Made by a program: the position numbers and the translations under genes
Assembly (NCBI GenBank): GCA_037446815.1
Contig: JBBIHX010000009.1
Location: forward strand, 1-44,144
DNA from: Caldilineae bacterium
Lineage (GTDB): Bacteria; Chloroflexota; Anaerolineae; DTLA01
Length of the DNA: 44,144 nucleotides
Direction: 5' to 3'
Shown: positions 28,757 through 38,600 of the stretch, in pieces
Layout of the letters: each line of letters begins with the position of its first letter
How positions within the stretch are numbered: the first letter of the stretch is position 1
Notes under the pieces: generated by a model
Databases searched by the model: none
What the model saw: only the letters and a program-made list of their open reading frames with translations
Told to the model about the DNA's origin: nothing

Positions 28757-29716
28757 ATGAAAGTGGGAAGCAATCTTGAGAAGATTCTTACCGCCGGATA
28801 TTTCGCTGCCACGGGGGAACTGGGGCCGCCGAAGAACGCCGACCCCGAGGTCATACGCCGCAAGGCCGAGATTCTTAAGGGCCATGTGGACGCGGTCAAC
28901 ATCACCGACAACCAGACCGCGGTTGTGCGCATGTCCAGCATCTCGGTGGGCATCATGCTGCTGAACATGGGGATTGAGCCCACCATCCAGATGACCTGCC
29001 GCGACCGCAACCGCATTGCCATCCAGAGCGACCTTCTGGGGGCGGCGGCATTCGGCGTCAAGAACCTGCTGTGTCTCTCCGGCGACCATCAGCGCTTTGG
29101 CAATCACCCCATGGCCAAGAACGTGTTTGACCTGGATTCCATGGGCCTGTTGCGCATGGTGCGCGACATGCGCGATGCGAAGAAGTTCCAGTGCGGCGAG
29201 GAGATCAAAGGCCCGGCGCCATGCTTCTTCATCGGCGCGGCGGCCAACCCGTTTGCCGACCCGTTTGAGTTCCGCCCGTACCGACTGGCGAAGAAGGTTG
29301 CGGCGGGCGCCGACTTCGTCCAGACGCAGATTGTGTTCAACGTGCCCAAGTTCCGCGAATACATGCAGCGTGTGGGCGACCTGGGCCTGCTGGACAAGGT
29401 GTACGTTCTGGCGGGGGTCAGCCCGATTCGCACCGCGGGCGCGGCCAAGTACATGGCGACGCAGGTTCCCGGCATGGACGTGCCGGAGGAATACGTGCGG
29501 CGGATGGAGGATGCCGTCAAGGGCATCCCGAAGGAAGACAAAGCGGCCCGCAAGGCTGCCTGGGAGGAGGAGGGCATCCGCATCTGCGTGGAGATCATCC
29601 AGCGGGTGCGGGAAATCCCCGGCGTGGCGGGTGTCCATATCATGGCGATTGAATGGGAGGAAGCGGTACCCGAGATTGTGAAGCGCGCGGGTCTTCTGCC
29701 TCGTCCCCAGGTCTAG
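28757..29716 (+). CDS. metF: Methylenetetrahydrofolate reductase MetF
   Basis: ELGPPK, NITDNQTA, TCRDRNR, LSGDH, KKVAAGADFVQTQ, GVHIM. Confidence 0.95.
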   Translation: MKVGSNLEKILTAGYFAATGELGPPKNADPEVIRRKAEILKGHVDAVNITDNQTAVVRMSSISVGIMLLNMGIEPTIQMTCRDRNRIAIQSDLLGAAAFGVKNLLCLSGDHQRFGNHPMAKNVFDLDSMGLLRMVRDMRDAKKFQCGEEIKGPAPCFFIGAAANPFADPFEFRPYRLAKKVAAGADFVQTQIVFNVPKFREYMQRVGDLGLLDKVYVLAGVSPIRTAGAAKYMATQVPGMDVPEEYVRRMEDAVKGIPKEDKAARKAAWEEEGIRICVEIIQRVREIPGVAGVHIMAIEWEEAVPEIVKRAGLLPRPQV

Positions 29717-29737
29717 CGATTGCTAAAGGAGTCGGTT

Positions 29738-31168
29738 ATGCCGATCATGATCAATACCGAACTGGCCGATTATATCCTGCGCGAAACAGGCCAGAACGTG
29801 TACCTGTGCTACCAGTGCAAACGGTGCACGGCGGGGTGTCCGGTGGCGCAGTTCTTTGACCTGACGCCGAACCAGATTATGCGCGCCGTGCAACTGGGGC
29901 AGCGAGATATGGTGCTCCAATCGCGCACCATCTCCCTGTGCGCGGCTTGCATCACGTGCAGCACCCGTTGCCCTCAGGGCCTGGACGTGGCGAGGATTAT
30001 GGACGCACTGGAGATTGAGGCGCAGCGCGAGAAGGTGCGTTTGCCCGTTCGCGCGGTGCCGTTGTTCTACCAGTCGGCCCTGCGCGGCATCCGATGGTTC
30101 GGGCGCATGTACGAACTGGGGCTGATGGCGGAGTTGTACCTGCGGCTGTTCGTCCGCCGTCAGTTGAGCCTGCGCCAGTTGTTCAAGTACGATGCGCCGA
30201 TGGCCATCAAGATGTTCCGCAGCGGGAAGCTGAAACTCTTGCCCAGCATCGCCCGCAAGCCCAAGCGAGACCGCGCGCCGTCGCCGCCGGAGCCGGACGC
30301 GATCGCCTACTACCCGGGCTGCTCGCTTCACTCCACAGGGATTGAGTATCAGATGTCCACGCTGGCCGTGGCCGACGCCCTTGGGCTGAAACTGAAGGAG
30401 CCCGAAGGGTGGGTCTGCTGTGGCACGTCGCCGGCGCACTCCACCGACCACTACCTCTCCACGGTGTTGCCGCTGAAGACGCTTGCCGAGGTGGAGCGGA
30501 GCGGCCTCTCCTATGTAACCGTGCCTTGCGCCTCGTGCTTCTCGCGGTTCCGCATCGCGCTGCATGACGTTCGCGCAGACCCCGAATTGGCCGGCAAGGT
30601 GGAGAAGGAGATAGATTACCTTCCGTCCGGCGGGCTTCAGGTGGACTCGCTCCTGACGACTATGACCGACCGGGTGGGCCTGGCGCGCATCGCGGCGGCG
30701 GTGAAGCGCCCGCTCAACGGGCTCAAGGTGGTGTGCTACTACGGCTGCCTTCTCACGCGGCCGCCCGACATCACCGACGCGCCGGAGCCGGAATATCCGA
30801 CGAACATGGACGAACTGATGCGTACCCTGGGCGCGGAGTCGCTGGATTGGTCGTACAAGACCGATTGCTGCGGCGGGTCGCTGTCCATCAGCGTGCTGCC
30901 GGTGGCGCTGAACCTCACGCAGAAGATTCTGCGGAACGCGAAGGAAGTGGGCGCGGATGCGGTGATCGTGGCCTGCCCGCTGTGCCACGTGAACCTGGAC
31001 ACCCGCCAGGCGCAGATTGCGGCGGAGTTTGAGGGCGAGTACGACATCCCCATCCTGTACTTCACGCAGGCGATGGGGTTGGCGTTTGGACTGCCGGCGA
31101 ACAAACTGGGCCTGGAGAAGCACCTGGTCTCACCGTTGCCGCTCCTGCGACAAAAAGGTCTGGTTTGA
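29738..31168 (+). CDS. HdrC-HdrB fusion protein
   Basis: CYQCKRCTAGCP and CAACITCSTRCP (HdrC); YYPGC, CCG twice, CPLCH (HdrB). Confidence 0.92.
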   Translation: MPIMINTELADYILRETGQNVYLCYQCKRCTAGCPVAQFFDLTPNQIMRAVQLGQRDMVLQSRTISLCAACITCSTRCPQGLDVARIMDALEIEAQREKVRLPVRAVPLFYQSALRGIRWFGRMYELGLMAELYLRLFVRRQLSLRQLFKYDAPMAIKMFRSGKLKLLPSIARKPKRDRAPSPPEPDAIAYYPGCSLHSTGIEYQMSTLAVADALGLKLKEPEGWVCCGTSPAHSTDHYLSTVLPLKTLAEVERSGLSYVTVPCASCFSRFRIALHDVRADPELAGKVEKEIDYLPSGGLQVDSLLTTMTDRVGLARIAAAVKRPLNGLKVVCYYGCLLTRPPDITDAPEPEYPTNMDELMRTLGAESLDWSYKTDCCGGSLSISVLPVALNLTQKILRNAKEVGADAVIVACPLCHVNLDTRQAQIAAEFEGEYDIPILYFTQAMGLAFGLPANKLGLEKHLVSPLPLLRQKGLV

Positions 31169-31183
31169 GGTTACTAACGACCG

Positions 31184-31220
31184 GAGAGCGGGCTGAGAGA
31201 GACCCGCTCTCTGTTTGTTT
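31184..31220 (+). terminator. Intrinsic terminator of the hdr/metVF operon
   Basis: GAGAGCGGG/CCCGCTCTC stem followed by TGTTTGTTT. Confidence 0.75.
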
Positions 31221-31248
31221 GGGCATAGTGCCGGGCCATGCCGTTGGC

Positions 31249-31398
31249 GAGTCGGTTCCAAACTGTGTTGGTGAAACGCAGACACACTCTCCTCGCGTGT
31301 CATTGCGAGCGAAGCGAAGCAATCGCACGCCCCGGAGATTGCTTCGGGCGCTCTGCGCCCTCGCAATGACAGCCACCAACAGACCCTGAAACCGAGTC
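31249..31398. mobile_element. MITE copy 5 (150 bp)
   Basis: Perfect 8-bp TSD CCGTTGGC at 31241-31248 and 31399-31406. Confidence 0.9.
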
Positions 31399-31431
31399 CC
31401 GTTGGCGGCGCGGCAGTCCGGGAGGTGCGGG

Positions 31432-32373
31432 ATGATCGCCTTCGTGTTGAGCGGCGGTGGGAATCGCGGGGCGCTGGAGGTAGGCGCGCTCCAGGCGCTG
31501 TTCGGCCACGGCATCCAGCCGGATATGCTGGTGGGGACATCGGCGGGGGCGATGAACGCGGCGTTCGTGGCCGCCGACCCCAGCCTGGTTGGAACGCTGA
31601 CGCTGGGCGGTCTGTGGAAGTCCTTGCGCCGCCGCGACGTCTTCCCCGGCAACGCGCTGACGATGGCCTGGCGCGTGCTCACCGGGCAGGACGGGCTGAT
31701 GTCCAGCGACCGCCTGCGCGACCTGGTGCTGCGCAACCTGCCGCCGGGCGTTACGCGCTTCGGCGATCTGCGCGCACGCCTGTACACCACTGCGGCTGAC
31801 CTCAACACGGCGACGCTTTACCTTTTTGGCGATGACCCGACCACGCTCATCGTGGACGCCGTGATGGCCAGTGCCTCGTTGCCCATCACGTTCCCGCCCT
31901 ATGTGTACCACGGCGCGCAATTGGTGGATGGGGGCATCGTGGCCAACGTGCCTATAGAGATCGCCATGGTCAAGGGCGCGACAGAAATCTACGCCATAGA
32001 CCTGGGGTACTCCGGCGAGCCGGTGCCCGACGTCCACGGCGTCATCGGGGTTGCGCAGCGGATGCTGACGACGCTCATCTATCAGCAGTTGCTAGACGAC
32101 CTGGCCGAGGCGGCGGAAGACGAAAGCGTAACGCTGCACCACATCCGCATCCCGGCGTTCCACGGCATCTCCATGTGGGACTTCGGCCACGCGGAGGACA
32201 TGATTCACGCGGGCAAGGAGACTACCGAGGCTTATCTGGCAAACCCGCAGCCGCTTACCGTCGCCCTGGCGGAGTACGCGGCCGCGGCGCGGGAATCGGC
32301 GCGGGCGTTGCCTGGCGCGACGGTCTATCGCCCGTGTCGGCCGCGACGTTTCGGTTCCAAAGTCTGTTGGTAG
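31432..32373 (+). CDS. Patatin-like phospholipase
   Basis: LSGGGNRG, GTSAG, ASAS, DGG motifs; the last codons and stop come from MITE copy 6. Confidence 0.92.
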   Translation: MIAFVLSGGGNRGALEVGALQALFGHGIQPDMLVGTSAGAMNAAFVAADPSLVGTLTLGGLWKSLRRRDVFPGNALTMAWRVLTGQDGLMSSDRLRDLVLRNLPPGVTRFGDLRARLYTTAADLNTATLYLFGDDPTTLIVDAVMASASLPITFPPYVYHGAQLVDGGIVANVPIEIAMVKGATEIYAIDLGYSGEPVPDVHGVIGVAQRMLTTLIYQQLLDDLAEAAEDESVTLHHIRIPAFHGISMWDFGHAEDMIHAGKETTEAYLANPQPLTVALAEYAAAARESARALPGATVYRPCRPRRFGSKVCW

Positions 32374-32497
32374 CCGTCATTGCGAGGGCACGCAGTGCCC
32401 GAAGCAATCGCCGGGGCGTGGGGTTGCTTCGCTTCGCTCGCAATGACACACGAGGAGAGTGCGCCTGCGGCTCACCAACACAAGATGAAAGCGACTC
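32348..32497. mobile_element. MITE copy 6 (150 bp, opposite orientation)
   Basis: Perfect 8-bp TSD GCCGCGAC at 32340-32347 and 32498-32505. Confidence 0.9.
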
Positions 32498-32512
32498 GCC
32501 GCGACCGCGGAT

Positions 32513-32541
32513 TTGACATCCTCCCAGGTCGCGGGTATACT
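32513..32541 (+). promoter_or_regulatory. Promoter of the selenoprotein operon
   Basis: TTGACA-17 nt-TATACT. Confidence 0.8.
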
Positions 32542-32545
32542 CCAG

Positions 32546-32562
32546 ATACCCCATGAGGGTAT
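32546..32562. promoter_or_regulatory. CsoR/CstR-family operator-like palindrome
   Basis: ATACCC-CATGA-GGGTAT overlapping the predicted transcription start. Confidence 0.7.
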
Positions 32563-32569
32563 GTGGAGT

Positions 32570-32995
32570 ATGGCAAGAATCGCCCGAGTCGTGAAGGAGA
32601 ACATAGGGCTGGTCATCTTGGCGGTGATCCTCGCCGCCTCGTATGCCTATCTGCGGACGCCGTCGGATACGCTGACGACAGAGGCCGAACTGGCCGCGAT
32701 ATTCTCGGCAGGGAATCCGGTGCTTGTGGAGTTGTACTCCAACACCTGAAGCGCCTGCCTGATTTCTAAGCCCGCCGTTGACGGGTTTGAGCGTGCGAAC
32801 GCGGGCCGCGTGTCGGTGGTTCGGCTGGATGTGCGGTCGGCGCTGGGCAATGCGCTGGCGTATCGGTTTCAGGTCCGCGCGGTGCCCACGTTTCTCCTGT
32901 TCACGGCGGAGGGCGAACTGGGCGCAACCCATGTGGGAATCGCCACGGCAGGGCGTTTGGCGAATCTGTTGCGCGAAGGAACGGAGGGACGTTAG
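32570..32995 (+). CDS. Membrane-anchored thioredoxin-like selenoprotein (UxxC; UGA at 32747-32749)
   Basis: TM helix, then PVLVELYSNT-U-SACLISKPAV…FQVRAVPTF (Trx fold with cis-Pro motif); two ORF-track fragments join in frame. Confidence 0.88.
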
Positions 32996-32997
32996 GG

Positions 32998-33216
32998 ATG
33001 CCGATTTACGAATACCGTTGCCCGCATTGCGGCAAGGAGTTTGAGAAACTGGTTCCCATGCACACGGATGCGCGCGAGATAGAGTGCCCCCATTGCGGAC
33101 AGAAGGGCGTGGAGAAGAAGATGTCGCTGTTCGGGATGGGCGGGGGCGCGCTGGGGGGCTTCTCGGTCTCTCAGGGCTCCTCGTGCAGCACGGGCGGCAG
33201 CACCTGAGGAATCTAA
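32998..33216 (+). CDS. FmdB-family zinc-ribbon protein, probable C-terminal Sec (…SCSTGGST-U-GI*)
   Basis: MPIYEYRCPHCG…CPHCG; UGA at 33205-33207, TAA at 33214-33216; hairpin GGCGGGCC-GTG-GGCCTGCC starts after an 11-nt spacer from the UGA. Confidence 0.75.
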
Positions 33217-33267
33217 GCGGCGGGCCGTGGGCCTGCCTGGAAAAGTCTGCGGAGAAAGGATGTTTGC

Positions 33268-33621
33268 ATGGCAACGAGTGAGACCGAGCCGGTAGTGGTG
33301 TCTGTTTTCGGCAACGACCTGGTGGAGAGTTGTTTCAGCGGGGGCTGAGGACCGCATTGGTCTTCGGAGGAGACCACGAGGATCGTCGCGCAGTATCTGC
33401 AAGAGGATTTCGGCGACCGTGTGAAGGTGGAGTACTACGAACTGTCGGACCCTGCGCTCCGTGAGAAGTACGCGGACGTGGTGAAGGCGGTGGAGGAGCA
33501 CGGGCTGGCGTACCCGCTGACGGCGATCAACGGGGTGTTCCGCTTTGCCGGCGGGGTGAGTTACTACGCCATCCTGCGTGCGGTAAAGGAGGCGCTGGGC
33601 CTCCCGGAAGGGGAGTCATGA
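33268..33621 (+). CDS. YuzD/DUF1462-like thioredoxin-fold selenoprotein (C-x4-U; UGA at 33346-33348)
   Basis: VVVSVFG…SCFSGG-U-GP…FGDRVKVEYYEL…YPLTAING; RBS AAAGGA; hairpin TGGTCTTC-GGA-GGAGACCA. Confidence 0.85.
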
Positions 33622-33770
33622 ACCTCGGCGACCTGCTGCTACTGGGGATGTTCGCGTTGTTCGCGGTGCTTTGGGTTCTCGTCGGCCCGAAGGTCGGCGT
33701 AGGCGGCTGAGCGGTCCGACCGCCAGCCGCGCCGTCGGCGCGCGACAACTCCTGCGATTCTGACGAGTAG
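33618..33770 (+). CDS. 50-aa single-pass membrane peptide, probable Sec31 (UGA at 33708-33710)
   Basis: ATGA overlap with the upstream stop; MNLGDLLLLGMFALFAVLWVLVGPKVGVGG-U-AVRPPAAPSARDNSCDSDE*; hairpin CGCGCC-GTC-GGCGCG. Confidence 0.62.
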
Positions 33771-33803
33771 CGCCCATAGCGCGACTCACGTTGGCTACTT
33801 GGC

Positions 33804-33831
33804 AAAGGCCCGCTCGGAAGCGGGCCTTTTT
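33804..33831 (+). terminator. Intrinsic terminator of the selenoprotein operon
   Basis: AAAGGCCCGCT-cgga-AGCGGGCCTTTTT. Confidence 0.88.
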
Positions 33832-33877
33832 CGTCGTCGGGGTTCATCTTGTTGCGTTGGAATTGCTTGTAGAAAAG

Positions 33878-33905
33878 TTGACAGAATCGGTTGATAGGCT
33901 ATAAT
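33878..33905 (+). promoter_or_regulatory. Promoter of the MerR-family gene
   Basis: TTGACA-16 nt-TATAAT. Confidence 0.75.
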
Positions 33906-33948
33906 GATTGTGAAGCCCGTTGCGATAGTCTCTAAGATGAGGTGAGAA

Positions 33949-34377
33949 ATGCGTAGCGAATCCACCCCCTTGTACACCATTGGCACAGCAGCGGAACTGT
34001 TGAAGGTTCACCCCCGTACGTTGCGCCTCTACGAGCAGTTTGGCCTGATCCGTCCGGCGCGCAAGAACAATCGGCGCTTCTACTCCGAGAACGACCTGAA
34101 GTGGGTTCAGTGCATCCGGTACTTGATTCATCAGAAGGGCCTGAACCAGGAGGGGCTGCGGCGGTTGCTGGGCCTGATTCCGTGCTGGGAACTCAAAGGC
34201 TGCTCGGAAGAGGACCGTTCCACCTGCACGGCATACGAAGACCGCTCCATGCCATGCTGGGAGGTTGCCAGCAGCACATGCGCCAAGGCCGGCAAGTGCT
34301 ACGAGTGCGAGACGTACCTGGCCGCTCGGCACAGGCTCCTCTCCCCTGATGAGTTGGCGGAGATCAGCGCCGTCTAA
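33949..34377 (+). CDS. MerR/HspR-type regulator with Cys-rich two-CW-like C-terminal domain
   Basis: YTIGTAAELLKVHPRTLRLYE…RFYSENDL; CWELKGC…C.AY…CWE…C…CYEC. Confidence 0.88.
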   Translation: MRSESTPLYTIGTAAELLKVHPRTLRLYEQFGLIRPARKNNRRFYSENDLKWVQCIRYLIHQKGLNQEGLRRLLGLIPCWELKGCSEEDRSTCTAYEDRSMPCWEVASSTCAKAGKCYECETYLAARHRLLSPDELAEISAV

Positions 34378-35519
34378 TGGCGGAGGCCGCGCAGGGGAAC
34401 ATGCGAGTCGTGCTGCTGGAGCCGTACTTCACGGGCTCGCATCGGGCGTGGGCCGAAGGGTACCGGGCTGCCAGCCAGGCGCACATCGTTGACGTCTGGG
34501 CGATGGAGGGGCGGTTCTGGAAGTGGCGGATGCATGGGGCAGCCCTGGAGTTCGCATGCCGAAGCCGAGCCGCTCCGCAGGACCCCGATTTGCTCCTCGT
34601 TACCGACATGGTGAACCTGCCCTACTTCCTTGCCCTGACCCGCCCCCGCTTCGGCGATACGCCCGTTGCGGCGTATTTCCACGAGACGCAGTTGGCCTAT
34701 CCCCTGGCACCTGGGGCCCGGCAGGACCTGACCTATGGGTTCATGAACCTCATCACCGGCCTGTGCGCGGACTGGGTGTTCTTCAACTCCGCGTTTCATC
34801 GCGAGCAGTTCTTTGACGAGTTGCCCCGCCTGCTGAAGCATTTTCCCGACTACAACCATCTGGAAGTCGTCCCCCAACTGCGGGCGAAGTCCAGCGTGCT
34901 GCCGGTGGGGTGCGACCTTGGGCGACTGGATGCTGCGAGGGCCGATGCGCCGCCGCGCACACTCCCACCGCTGGTGCTGTGGAATCAGCGCTGGGAGTAC
35001 GACAAGCAGCCGGAGGTGTTCTTCAGGGCGCTGTCCATCCTGGCCGAGGAGGGGGTGCCGTTTCGCTTGGCGCTGGCGGGCGAGAACTTCCGACAGAAGC
35101 CCGAGGAGTTTCTGCAGGCGAAGGAAGCCTTTGCCGACCGCCTCGTTCATTACGGCCACGCGGACGCGGAGGGGTACGCCCGGCTCCTGTGGCAGGCCGA
35201 TGTAGTGGTCAGCACGGCAATCCATGAGTTCTTCGGCATTGCCATCGTGGAGAGCATCTATTGCGGGGCGTGGCCCCTACTGCCCAATCGCCTCGTGTAT
35301 CCGGAGATGATTCCCCCGTCCCTGCACGCCGCGCACCTGTACGAGGACTTTGATGACCTGGTGCGGCGGCTGCGGGACATCCTGCTGCACCCCCGGCCTC
35401 CCGCGCCAGCCTTGCGCGAGGCGATGGCCCGGTACGACTGGTCGCGTATGGCGCCGGAATACGACCGCGCGCTGGACGCCGTGCGCGACCTCCGCGCGGC
35501 GCAACGCCCTTCGCGCTAG
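34377..35519 (+). CDS. DUF3524/GTDC1-like GT-B glycosyltransferase
   Basis: LEPYFTGSH, WKWRMHG, YFHE, FNSAFH, WNQRWEYDK, HEFFGIA. Confidence 0.88.
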   Translation: MAEAAQGNMRVVLLEPYFTGSHRAWAEGYRAASQAHIVDVWAMEGRFWKWRMHGAALEFACRSRAAPQDPDLLLVTDMVNLPYFLALTRPRFGDTPVAAYFHETQLAYPLAPGARQDLTYGFMNLITGLCADWVFFNSAFHREQFFDELPRLLKHFPDYNHLEVVPQLRAKSSVLPVGCDLGRLDAARADAPPRTLPPLVLWNQRWEYDKQPEVFFRALSILAEEGVPFRLALAGENFRQKPEEFLQAKEAFADRLVHYGHADAEGYARLLWQADVVVSTAIHEFFGIAIVESIYCGAWPLLPNRLVYPEMIPPSLHAAHLYEDFDDLVRRLRDILLHPRPPAPALREAMARYDWSRMAPEYDRALDAVRDLRAAQRPSR

Positions 35520-35547
35520 CGGCGACGGGCGCGCTCGGCGACCCGCG

Positions 35548-38565
<3,018 letters not shown>

Positions 38566-38600
38566 GCGATTGCCCTCCTGAACGCCTCCGCGAAACGCGG

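Noticed and set aside
31249..32497. Patatin gene flanked by inverted MITEs as a composite transposon
   Set aside because: Each MITE has its own perfect and different TSD, so these are independent insertions.
3641..32497. Repeats as a CRISPR array
   Set aside because: Copies are dispersed, with no regular repeat-spacer structure and no cas genes.
32513..32541. Selenoprotein operon as a classical target of the adjacent MerR protein
   Set aside because: The spacer is 17 bp rather than the 19-20 bp typical of MerR-activated promoters; the palindrome present is CsoR-like.
33867..33884. Possible Rex operator TTGTAGAAAAGTTGACAG
   Set aside because: Four mismatches to TTGTGAA-N4-TTCACAA, and partly explained by the -35 box.
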